Source: Eledone cirrhosa | Lineage: Eukaryota | Length of the DNA stretch: 64,000 nucleotides | Direction of reading: 5' to 3' | Assembly: GCA_964016885.1 (NCBI GenBank) | Contig: OZ024744.1 | Location: 61,008,001-61,072,000, forward strand | In this document: piece by piece, positions 11,375 to 24,050 of the stretch | How positions within the stretch are numbered: the stretch's first letter is position 1 | Layout of the letters: every line of letters starts with the position of its first letter | Notes under the pieces: model-generated | The model's input: the letters and a program-made list of their open reading frames with translations, nothing else | Database searches by the model: none | What the model was told of the DNA's origin: nothing | Translations under genes and position numbers: made by a program

Positions 11375-13960
11375 ATCTTTCTTTATTTGCCACAGGGGCG
11401 TACAAAAATGGGACATTACTAGACGTGACAGTGGGGGTTTTACATAAAATCTTTAACAATGATAAATAACAATAAACTATATAAAAATAAAACAATTGAA
11501 ATCCCCATCAGGGGGGGGGGGGGGGTTAATGGTACTGTGGGGTTGTTTTACACACCGTGGATAGAACAACCCTCAACACCAAGAACACGTTTTGAAGGTG
11601 TTCCTGACTTCCCTCTGTTTATCTTCCTCAACCTACAGGTTTATATACAGAGAAGGCCCATTCACCTGGGCCATTTTCGCCACATTCACCCACCTTTCAG
11701 CGAATTTACTGGGGTGTAGCACCTCTCTCTCCACTCACACCTTCCTTTTGAAGTGATACTTAAAGAAGGGGATAAGTTGTTGTCCGGAGAGAAAGGTATT
11801 TGCCCTCAGTCCTTTTAACTCGTCCACCATATTACCTCTTTCGCCATAGCCACCAGACAGAGGAAAACCGCCTCTCCTTCGTTCTTAAATAAAGGCGGCG
11901 GGGTGATCCTCACGATGAACTCGGCTGACAACTGGATGCGTCCTACACGTGACAGTAGTCGTTCGACATAATTCCACAGGTCGGTCACTCCTGGGCATTG
12001 AACAATTGCGTGCAGAACGGTTTCGATGTCCTGCTCGCATCTTGGGCAGGTCCTTTTGGCAGGATCTCTGCCAGGGCGTCCGTGCCTATAGATTTTGTCT
12101 CGAACTGGTAGAGCTCCTCGGTAGCACTGTCAGGCCAGAGACCTCTGGAAGTTATCCATAGGCCCTGGAAGGAAAGTCCTGCCGAACGGACTGGTCAGTT
12201 CGTCCTCCTCAATGCCTAGAGTTTCCTCGAGAATGTCGTCGCACTTATCCTCCACTAATCCCCTATAGAATGTCGAAGTGGAGTCTCCGCTGATTGCTGT
12301 TTCCGCTTGGTAGACGGCGGTAGTAAATGACGGACGCTATGTAAGTGTTTGCCACCTCCGCTCGACCTTTCAAGGAGAGTTTGCACTCAGCCCACTTCTG
12401 GGTGAGTGCAAACACCTTTACCGTGACCTTGTTCCAGTTCTTGTCCACCTGGAGGTCTGGACCAAACCAGACCCCGAGCAATTTCACCTGTCCTTCCGTC
12501 CAGCATCCAACGACACTGTCGGAAGGCATGGGTTTGCCTCTCCATGTGCCAAGTTGCAAACCGACAGACTTGTTTGGATTTAGTCTTGCTCCTGTCAACG
12601 TTTCGTATTCCTGTAATAGGTTGCCGATTACCCCGATTTCCGAGGTTGTCGACACCATTACGGTTACGTCGTTGGTATAGGCCAACACTGCTTTTCGCAG
12701 TCCTGGTTCGATCGGGATGCCCTGCAACAGCTCCAACTTCCGCAGTAATGGGTCGAGAGTCAGTACATACAGAATGGAGGAGAGAGGGCATCCCTGATGG
12801 ATGGAATGCATGATTTGGAATGGCTTCGGTAGGTAGCCATTCACCTTGACTGCCGAGCAGATGCTGGTGTGCATGGCAGCGATCCAGCCTCTGAAGACGG
12901 GACCGAAGCCGGCCGCCTTGAGAACCGCTTCCAAGTATTGGAAATTGATCAGAGCCCCACCTTACCCTCTCTATGATGTATCGCATGAGGTGAAGGTTGT
13001 CGTGTATGGATCTGGTCAGGATTGCACACATTTGCGCTTCCCCTACCAGGTTCTCGACGATAAGCGCCAGCCTCGCTGCTAACACCTTGACCAAAATCTT
13101 TAACTCTCTGTTGAGCAGAGTTATGGGCCTGAAATTGCTTATCTCATTCCCCTTGATCAGCATTACTAAGCCTCTACCTACAGAACTGAGAATCCTCCTG
13201 TTCTGCTGCCAGTTGGAGTAGACCGTTTCGAGGACGCCATAGAACAAGTCTGGCATGCCTATGTAAAACTCATAGGGTAGACCATCTAAACTGGGTGATT
13301 TGCATTTCCCACAGCGGCCTAGGGCATCTTCTATTTAGCCCGCTGTGATCGGCCTTTCGCAGCTCTCTGCATCCGTGTTCGAGAGTCGTGGTACGCCGTT
13401 GAGGTAGGAGCTGAAGTCCATCACCTCCCTTGACGTACCGCTTTGCCTGAACAGTTGTGCAAAATGCTGCTGGAAGGCTGTGCACATCTGCTTGGATTCA
13501 AGTAGAATGCGTCCATCTTTGTCTTGCAAGGACCGAATTGTGGATTTGTTGCCACTTTTCGCCTCTGCCGGGCCCAGCTAACAGCTTTGGCTCCCTCATT
13601 TCTTAGAGCATGTGTTCTACTTCTGACAATACAACCTTCGAGTTTCACGTTCAAGAACTGGTCTAGTGCCATTCTCGCCGCTAGCACATCAGCTGTACTG
13701 CCATTCCTAAGTGCCTCTTCTACTTTAGCTACCAGTTCCTTTTCGGTTTTGTTTTTTTCTAAAGCTACTTCCTTGCTAAATGCTATCGATTCTACTATAA
13801 TTGCTCTCTTGAGAGAGCTCCACCACCTGTTGTTGACGATCGCCTCCGTCAACTGGCACTTAACTGATGTGTTAATCTCTTTACTGTAGGCCTTACGCGC
13901 CGGAAGCGACATGTTTAGCTTCCAGCATCCGGGTCCCTGTCTATGTGTTCTATCAAGGTA
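11375..13960 (-). mobile_element. Tx1/L1-clade LINE ORF2 (RT region), frameshifted and 5'-truncated
   Basis: GPGCWKLNMSL, NFRPITLLNRELKILVKVLAARL, HQGCPLSSILYVL, AYTNDV, VKLLGVWFG, LSLKGRAEVANTYIAS motifs spread over several frames. Confidence 0.9.
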
Positions 13961-14050
13961 TATATATATATATATATACCAGGGAAAGCGGATGTTTATT
14001 GACAATGATGATGATGATGATGATATATATTTATATATACATATATAAAA

Positions 14051-17000
14051 ACAAACGAAACGAAATTTAATTTCGTTTCGTTATTTGTTTTTATCGTCTC
14101 CGTTGAACCGGTACTTACTCACACTCTATGCAAGTTGGTCTGCCCACTACTAATTTTCATAGAAAAAGCATATAGCGATATGTGCTTTTACGATTCTCTA
14201 GAGAGGCCGGAAGATAGGTAAATATTGCTGATGAGTTGTAACAACAACGAAACTAGTTCAATATTCCTTGTCTGGCTTTCTGGAGAATAGAGGAAAGGTG
14301 TTTCCTCAAAAACCAGTATGACTCTAAAAACCGGTTTGTCTGTGTGTTTACATACAGAATAGCTGGCCACTCACAGTAAAGTGATCAGTGAAAAAAAAAA
14401 CTTGGTACATCTACATATGTATACGTGTGTGTATTCATATACATACTAGTATTTCAGTATACATATATGGATGTACATCTTTGACTTAATTGTTTGAGCG
14501 TCAGTCATACAAAAGTGAGTTACAAACGAAACGAAATTTAATTTCGTTTCGTTATTTGTTTTTATCGTCTCCGTTGAACCGGTACTTACTCACACTCTAT
14601 GCAAGTTGGTCTGCCCACTACTAATTTTCATAGAAAAAGCATATAGCGATATGTGCTTTTACGATTCTCTAGAGAGGCCGGAAGATAGGTAAATATTGCT
14701 GATGAGTTGTAACAACAACGAAACTAGTTCAATATTCCTTGTCTGGCTTTCTGGAGAATAGAGGAAAGGTGTTTCCTCAAAAACCAGTATGACTCTAAAA
14801 ACCGGTTTGTCTGTGTGTTTACATACAGAATAGCTGGCCACTCACAGTAAAGTGATCAGTGAAAAAAAAAACTTGGTACATCTACATATGTATACGTGTG
14901 TGTATTCATATACATACTAGTATTTCAGTATACATATATGGATGTACATCTTTGACTTAATTGTTTGAGCGTCAGTCATACAAAAGTGAGTTACAAACGA
15001 AACGAAATTTAATTTCGTTTCGTTATTTGTTTTTATCGTCTCCGTTGAACCGGTACTTACTCACACTCTATGCAAGTTGGTCTGCCCACTACTAATTTTC
15101 ATAGAAAAAGCATATAGCGATATGTGCTTTTACGATTCTCTAGAGAGGCCGGAAGATAGGTAAATATTGCTGATGAGTTGTAACAACAACGAAACTAGTT
15201 CAATATTCCTTGTCTGGCTTTCTGGAGAATAGAGGAAAGGTGTTTCCTCAAAAACCAGTATGACTCTAAAAACCGGTTTGTCTGTGTGTTTACATACAGA
15301 ATAGCTGGCCACTCACAGTAAAGTGATCAGTGAAAAAAAAAAAACTTGGTACATCTACATATGTATACGTGTGTGTATTCATATACATACTAGTATTTCA
15401 GTATACATATATGGATGTACATCTTTGACTTAATTGTTTGAGCGTCAGTCATACAAAAGTGAGTTACAAACGAAACGAAATTTAATTTCGTTTCGTTATT
15501 TGTTTTTATCGTCTCCGTTGAACCGGTACTTACTCACACTCTATGCAAGTTGGTCTGCCCACTACTAATTTTCATAGAAAAAGCATATAGCGATATGTGC
15601 TTTTACGATTCTCTAGAGAGGCCGGAAGATAGGTAAATATTGCTGATGAGTTGTAACAACAACGAAACTAGTTCAATATTCCTTGTCTGGCTTTCTGGAG
15701 AATAGAGGAAAGGTGTTTCCTCAAAAACCAGTATGACTCTAAAAACCGGTTTGTCTGTGTGTTTACATACAGAATAGCTGGCCACTCACAGTAAAGTGAT
15801 CAGTGAAAAAAAAAAAACTTGGTACATCTACATATGTATACGTGTGTGTATTCATATACATACTAGTATTTCAGTATACATATATGGATGTACATCTTTG
15901 ACTTAATTGTTTGAGCGTCAGTCATACAAAAGTGAGTTACAAACGAAACGAAATTTAATTTCGTTTCGTTATTTGTTTTTATCGTCTCCGTTGAACCGGT
16001 ACTTACTCACACTCTATGCAAGTTGGTCTGCCCACTACTAATTTTCATAGAAAAAGCATATAGCGATATGTGCTTTTACGATTCTCTAGAGAGGCCGGAA
16101 GATAGGTAAATATTGCTGATGAGTTGTAACAACAACGAAACTAGTTCAATATTCCTTGTCTGGCTTTCTGGAGAATAGAGGAAAGGTGTTTCCTCAAAAA
16201 CCAGTATGACTCTAAAAACCGGTTTGTCTGTGTGTTTACATACAGAATAGCTGGCCACTCACAGTAAAGTGATCAGTGAAAAAAAAAAACTTGGTACATC
16301 TACATATGTATACGTGTGTGTATTCATATACATACTAGTATTTCAGTATACATATATGGATGTACATCTTTGACTTAATTGTTTGAGCGTCAGTCATACA
16401 AAAGTGAGTTACAAACGAAACGAAATTTAATTTCGTTTCGTTATTTGTTTTTATCGTCTCCGTTGAACCGGTACTTACTCACACTCTATGCAAGTTGGTC
16501 TGCCCACTACTAATTTTCATAGAAAAAGCATATAGCGATATGTGCTTTTACGATTCTCTAGAGAGGCCGGAAGATAGGTAAATATTGCTGATGAGTTGTA
16601 ACAACAACGAAACTAGTTCAATATTCCTTGTCTGGCTTTCTGGAGAATAGAGGAAAGGTGTTTCCTCAAAAACCAGTATGACTCTAAAAACCGGTTTGTC
16701 TGTGTGTTTACATACAGAATAGCTGGCCACTCACAGTAAAGTGATCAGTGAAAAAAAAAAACTTGGTACATCTACATATGTATACGTGTGTGTATTCATA
16801 TACATACTAGTATTTCAGTATACATATATGGATGTACATCTTTGACTTAATTGTTTGAGCGTCAGTCATACAAAAGTGAGTTACAAACGAAACGAAATTT
16901 AATTTCGTTTCGTTATTTGTTTTTATCGTCTCCGTTGAACCGGTACTTACTCACACTCTATGCAAGTTGGTCTGCCCACTACTAATTTTCATAGAAAAAG

Positions 17001-20000
17001 CATATAGCGATATGTGCTTTTACGATTCTCTAGAGAGGCCGGAAGATAGGTAAATATTGCTGATGAGTTGTAACAACAACGAAACTAGTTCAATATTCCT
17101 TGTCTGGCTTTCTGGAGAATAGAGGAAAGGTGTTTCCTCAAAAACCAGTATGACTCTAAAAACCGGTTTGTCTGTGTGTTTACATACAGAATAGCTGGCC
17201 ACTCACAGTAAAGTGATCAGTGAAAAAAAAAAACTTGGTACATCTACATATGTATACGTGTGTGTATTCATATACATACTAGTATTTCAGTATACATATA
17301 TGGATGTACATCTTTGACTTAATTGTTTGAGCGTCAGTCATACAAAAGTGAGTTACAAACGAAACGAAATTTAATTTCGTTTCGTTATTTGTTTTTATCG
17401 TCTCCGTTGAACCGGTACTTACTCACACTCTATGCAAGTTGGTCTGCCCACTACTAATTTTCATAGAAAAAGCATATAGCGATATGTGCTTTTACGATTC
17501 TCTAGAGAGGCCGGAAGATAGGTAAATATTGCTGATGAGTTGTAACAACAACGAAACTAGTTCAATATTCCTTGTCTGGCTTTCTGGAGAATAGAGGAAA
17601 GGTGTTTCCTCAAAAACCAGTATGACTCTAAAAACCGGTTTGTCTGTGTGTTTACATACAGAATAGCTGGCCACTCACAGTAAAGTGATCAGTGAAAAAA
17701 AAAACTTGGTACATCTACATATGTATACGTGTGTGTATTCATATACATACTAGTATTTCAGTATACATATATGGATGTACATCTTTGACTTAATTGTTTG
17801 AGCGTCAGTCATACAAAAGTGAGTTACAAACGAAACGAAATTTAATTTCGTTTCGTTATTTGTTTTTATCGTCTCCGTTGAACCGGTACTTACTCACACT
17901 CTATGCAAGTTGGTCTGCCCACTACTAATTTTCATAGAAAAAGCATATAGCGATATGTGCTTTTACGATTCTCTAGAGAGGCCGGAAGATAGGTAAATAT
18001 TGCTGATGAGTTGTAACAACAACGAAACTAGTTCAATATTCCTTGTCTGGCTTTCTGGAGAATAGAGGAAAGGTGTTTCCTCAAAAACCAGTATGACTCT
18101 AAAAACCGGTTTGTCTGTGTGTTTACATACAGAATAGCTGGCCACTCACAGTAAAGTGATCAGTGAAAAAAAAAACTTGGTACATCTACATATGTATACG
18201 TGTGTGTATTCATATACATACTAGTATTTCAGTATACATATATGGATGTACATCTTTGACTTAATTGTTTGAGCGTCAGTCATACAAAAGTGAGTTACAA
18301 ACGAAACGAAATTTAATTTCGTTTCGTTATTTGTTTTTATCGTCTCCGTTGAACCGGTACTTACTCACACTCTATGCAAGTTGGTCTGCCCACTACTAAT
18401 TTTCATAGAAAAAGCATATAGCGATATGTGCTTTTACGATTCTCTAGAGAGGCCGGAAGATAGGTAAATATTGCTGATGAGTTGTAACAACAACGAAACT
18501 AGTTCAATATTCCTTGTCTGGCTTTCTGGAGAATAGAGGAAAGGTGTTTCCTCAAAAACCAGTATGACTCTAAAAACCGGTTTGTCTGTGTGTTTACATA
18601 CAGAATAGCTGGCCACTCACAGTAAAGTGATCAGTGAAAAAAAAACTTGGTACATCTACATATGTATACGTGTGTGTATTCATATACATACTAGTATTTC
18701 AGTATACATATATGGATGTACATCTTTGACTTAATTGTTTGAGCGTCAGTCATACAAAAGTGAGTTACAAACGAAACGAAATTTAATTTCGTTTCGTTAT
18801 TTGTTTTTATCGTCTCCGTTGAACCGGTACTTACTCACACTCTATGCAAGTTGGTCTGCCCACTACTAATTTTCATAGAAAAAGCATATAGCGATATGTG
18901 CTTTTACGATTCTCTAGAGAGGCCGGAAGATAGGTAAATATTGCTGATGAGTTGTAACAACAACGAAACTAGTTCAATATTCCTTGTCTGGCTTTCTGGA
19001 GAATAGAGGAAAGGTGTTTCCTCAAAAACCAGTATGACTCTAAAAACCGGTTTGTCTGTGTGTTTACATACAGAATAGCTGGCCACTCACAGTAAAGTGA
19101 TCAGTGAAAAAAAAAAACTTGGTACATCTACATATGTATACGTGTGTGTATTCATATACATACTAGTATTTCAGTATACATATATGGATGTACATCTTTG
19201 ACTTAATTGTTTGAGCGTCAGTCATACAAAAGTGAGTTACAAACGAAACGAAATTTAATTTCGTTTCGTTATTTGTTTTTATCGTCTCCGTTGAACCGGT
19301 ACTTACTCACACTCTATGCAAGTTGGTCTGCCCACTACTAATTTTCATAGAAAAAGCATATAGCGATATGTGCTTTTACGATTCTCTAGAGAGGCCGGAA
19401 GATAGGTAAATATTGCTGATGAGTTGTAACAACAACGAAACTAGTTCAATATTCCTTGTCTGGCTTTCTGGAGAATAGAGGAAAGGTGTTTCCTCAAAAA
19501 CCAGTATGACTCTAAAAACCGGTTTGTCTGTGTGTTTACATACAGAATAGCTGGCCACTCACAGTAAAGTGATCAGTGAAAAAAAAAACTTGGTACATCT
19601 ACATATGTATACGTGTGTGTATTCATATACATACTAGTATTTCAGTATACATATATGGATGTACATCTTTGACTTAATTGTTTGAGCGTCAGTCATACAA
19701 AAGTGAGTTACAAACGAAACGAAATTTAATTTCGTTTCGTTATTTGTTTTTATCGTCTCCGTTGAACCGGTACTTACTCACACTCTATGCAAGTTGGTCT
19801 GCCCACTACTAATTTTCATAGAAAAAGCATATAGCGATATGTGCTTTTACGATTCTCTAGAGAGGCCGGAAGATAGGTAAATATTGCTGATGAGTTGTAA
19901 CAACAACGAAACTAGTTCAATATTCCTTGTCTGGCTTTCTGGAGAATAGAGGAAAGGTGTTTCCTCAAAAACCAGTATGACTCTAAAAACCGGTTTGTCT

Positions 20001-20624
20001 GTGTGTTTACATACAGAATAGCTGGCCACTCACAGTAAAGTGATCAGTGAAAAAAAAAACTTGGTACATCTACATATGTATACGTGTGTGTATTCATATA
20101 CATACTAGTATTTCAGTATACATATATGGATGTACATCTTTGACTTAATTGTTTGAGCGTCAGTCATACAAAAGTGAGTTACAAACGAAACGAAATTTAA
20201 TTTCGTTTCGTTATTTGTTTTTATCGTCTCCGTTGAACCGGTACTTACTCACACTCTATGCAAGTTGGTCTGCCCACTACTAATTTTCATAGAAAAAGCA
20301 TATAGCGATATGTGCTTTTACGATTCTCTAGAGAGGCCGGAAGATAGGTAAATATTGCTGATGAGTTGTAACAACAACGAAACTAGTTCAATATTCCTTG
20401 TCTGGCTTTCTGGAGAATAGAGGAAAGGTGTTTCCTCAAAAACCAGTATGACTCTAAAAACCGGTTTGTCTGTGTGTTTACATACAGAATAGCTGGCCAC
20501 TCACAGTAAAGTGATCAGTGAAAAAAAAACTTGGTACATCTACATATGTATACGTGTGTGTATTCATATACATACTAGTATTTCAGTATACATATATGGA
20601 TGTACATCTTTGACTTAATTGTTT
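14051..20624 (+). repeat. Tandem array of 14 near-identical ~471-bp units (13 full + one 444-bp), each with a hammerhead ribozyme; candidate non-LTR retrozyme array
   Basis: Periods 470-473 bp; the only difference I could see between units is the length of one poly-A run. Flanked by (TA)-rich sequence. Confidence 0.95.
14216..14268 (+). ncRNA. Minimal type-I hammerhead ribozyme, copy 1 of 14 (CTGATGA starts at 14228, 14699, 15170, 15643, 16116, 16588, 17060, 17532, 18003, 18474, 18944, 19416, 19887, 20358)
   Basis: agg-ta-AATATTG CTGATGA GTTGT aaca ACAAC GAAA CTAG T T CAATATT-cct. Stem I 7+3 bp, full core, 5-bp stem II, palindromic stem III ACUAGU; predicted cleavage after GUU at 14258. Confidence 0.88.
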
Positions 20625-21616
20625 ATACATATATACTTATGCAAAAAAAAAAAAAATATATATATATATATACAGGTTTACAAAGCTAGTTGAAGAGCTG
20701 TCCCTTACTTACTCAATGATATAATAAGGTTTGTATGGTCAGAAATACAAACCCATTACTCAGAGTGCACATATATATTAATCGGTTAGATAAACGGCTA
20801 TGTGTTGGTGTTGATTTTAGTACATCAAATATACCTGGACCAATGCATCAGTTTCTGTATGTCAACAATAGTATCAACTGGAACCACTATTCACAGTAGT
20901 TAAGTAATATCATCAGATATTATGTAATTTGGCTCCAGAGTACTTTGTGAGCGGGGGTAGTCTCCATGAATGGAAAAGTTTGTTTAAATGACTAGTACAC
21001 ATCCAGTCATTGCCCTCACAAATATAGTAGTAATCCTAGACTTGTAGTGACACATGAGCTCTCCTTAAAGAAGAGATATGCCAAACCTAACCATTGTTAG
21101 GGAACCTGTTGGCAGGAAATTGAAAATTGAATATAAACCAAGGCTCTTGATCAGGGCGCTTATGTAGACAACAAAGACAAAGTTGCAACTTATATTTAAA
21201 AAAAAAATGAAATTATTATGTACAAAGGTGCACTACAAATAAATAAATTGAACTAGGATAAATAAAAATGTTCCGCTTAAAATTCAAATGTAGGTTTGTT
21301 GCCTATATAAATATAGGTTTACGTAGCTAGTCAAAGAGACTACTTACACAATGATATAATAAGGTTTGTATTGTTAGATATACAAACCCATTGCTGAGAG
21401 TGCACAGATATGTTAATCAGTTAGATAAACAACTATGTGTGGGTGTCGATATTAGTATATCAAATATAACCCATATATCATCATTTTATGTCCGTTATTC
21501 CCTGCTTGCAAGGGTGGGACATATACTCATATATATATATATGTATATATATGTGTGTATATATATATATCCTATATACCATATACAATGCTTCAAGTAA
21601 ACTACAAATTCCTTCC

Positions 21617-24050
21617 ATCATCATCATCATCGTTTAACATCCATCTTCCACGCTTGCATGGGTTTGGATGGGAAATTTTCCCACTTGAGGCAAGAGTGGT
21701 TGTCTTGCTCGTATAGGACTGTCTGGCGGGTTTTCTACGCCTGGGTGCCCTTCCCAACACCAACCACGTTTACAGTGTGGACTGGGAGGTTTTTACCGTG
21801 TTGCCTACACGGCCACATTACAGCGTGGACTGTGTTTTTTTTTTTTGTCGTGACACCTACACGACCTCATTTGTTTTGGACTGGATGTTGTGGTACCAAC
21901 ATAACTTTACATCGAAAGGGGTGGTGTGGATGGGGTGGGGGTAGTGGGACGGGGGTGTATTTTGGTTAAGAGGTGCCTTCTGACTGTAGGTTTCGCTTTG
22001 CACTTATGCAAGGCGGGTCCTCTGTATTACTGTGCAGCGCCAAAGATCTCGGTCCAGTGACATTGTCTTGGAGAGGTGTAAGTGTGTGAGGTTGGATTTT
22101 ATCAAGTCGTCCCAGGTTTTTCTGGGTCTGCCTACTCCATGGCTACCGTCTATTTTTATCGCCCTGCACTTTTTTATACAGCTGTCGTCTTTCATGCGCA
22201 TCACGTGACCGTACGAACGTAGTCTTCTCTCGAGTAAACAACATTTGATCCCTCTTATTCCTAATTTCTCCCTTAGTTCGTTTATGCTTTGCCGTTCACG
22301 TATATTACTATTACACATCCAGCGGAGCATGCAAGCTTCGTTTCTCTCCAGTCTGCGTATATCCTCTGCACACAATGCCCAAGTCTCACTGCCATGAAAC
22401 ATTGCTATTCGTATGCAAGCATCATACAGCCTGCCTTTCATTTTTAGAGAGAACCCTTTAGCGGCCAATAGTGGTATAAGCTCTCTGAACTTTTTCTATC
22501 CCGTTCTGACTTGAGCTACTGTACTCTCAGAGCAACCTCCACCACTGCTGATTTTGTCACCCAGGAAACAGAAGGTATCCACTATTTCTATAGAACCATC
22601 TGTGCAATGGAATGAGCTAGTATTCTGTGGGCACTTGCTGCTACTTATTGCACCTGAACACCGACCACATATAAAATCTATATTCTTAGTTAGCTTACCT
22701 GTGATCCCACTACATCTTTTATGCACCCATACTTTGCATTTGGGACATAAAATGGAGTTTCTGCCTCCTCCTTTCCTACACACTGAGCATGGCCATTTCC
22801 CAGATGGGACCAGTGCCCTATTTTCCTTCCTACAAACTAGAACTTTAGTCTTAGACAGGTTAATTTTAAGGCCTTTTGATTCTAGGCCATGCTTCCATGT
22901 TTGGAATTTATTCTCTAGTTCAGCCATTAATTCAGCTATGAGCGTTAGATCATCTGCGTATAGGAGTTCCCATGGGCAGCCGGTCTTGAACTCCTCTGTT
23001 ATAGCCTGAAGGGCAATAATAAATAGTAGGGGGCTAAGGACAGAGCCCTGATGAACACCAACTTTTACGCTAAACTCTTCACTATATTCGTTGTTAATTC
23101 GAACCTTGCTGACTGTTTCTTTATACATGGCTTGTATAGCTCTCACAAGCCATTCATCTACGCCTAGTTTTCTAAATGCCCACCAGATAATGGAGCGGGG
23201 GACTCTGTCAAAGGCTTTCTCCAAGTCAACAAAAGCTAAGTATAGGGGTTTACTTTTAGCTAGGTACTTCTCCTGTAGTTGTCGTACGATGAAAAGAGCA
23301 TCTGTGGTACTTTTACCTGACACAAACCCGAACTGCATTTTATCTAGATCAATTCGCTCTCTGATTAGTTGCGCTATAACTCTTTCTGTGACCTTCATGA
23401 CCTGGTCAATTAATTTAATGCCTCTATAGTTTCCCCTATCTAGGGCATCTCCTTTACCCTTGCAGCAGTTAATGATGATGCTGCTACGCCAGTCCTTCGG
23501 AACGACCCCATTCTGTATGACTTGGTTTACTATCCGGGTGACCATAGAGTGTCCCACCGTTCCAGATGCTTTCAGCATTTCAGCAACTATTTCCGAAGGC
23601 CCAGTTGCCTTGCCTGTCTACATATCTTTGATCGCCTTACTTATTATACTACCTTCAACTAGCACTGCTGGTCCCTCTATTGGATCGATGTGGGGGAGAC
23701 TGTCTTTCTCCCATTTATTCTCCTCATTTAGTAGCCTTTCATAGTGACACTTCCAAGCTACCTTCTTATCAGCGTCGGTGATGGCAAGTACACCATCATC
23801 ATTAAGGACACACTTCTCCCCGGCAATATCACGGTTTTCCTTGACACATTGCCTAGCAATCCTGAACACCTCACGTTTTTGGTCCTTGCGTTGTAGAACA
23901 TGCTTGAACTTTCTTTCCTCTGCTTGCGAAGTACACTTGTCTCCTAGCTTCCCTCCTGGCCACTTGATAGTCTTCTCTACTTACCCCATCCCGCCATGCT
24001 TTCCAAGCCTGCTTTTTGGCCTTGATTGACTCCTCCACCTTACTGTTCCA
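21617..24050 (-). mobile_element. RTE-clade LINE, 5'-truncated (RT + PHD-like finger + 3'UTR + (GAT)n)
   Basis: ORFs 23618-23869, 22496-23578 (NYRGIKL, FVDLEKAFDRVPR, GVHQGSVLSPLLF, LLYADDL) and 22004-22468 are consecutive pieces of one broken ORF. Confidence 0.95.

Noticed and set aside
14188-20500. Fourteen identical 60-aa minus-strand ORFs (MASYSVCK...)
   Set aside because: They start at GTG, have no recognisable domain, and are simply the antisense of the structured ribozyme region repeated with the array.
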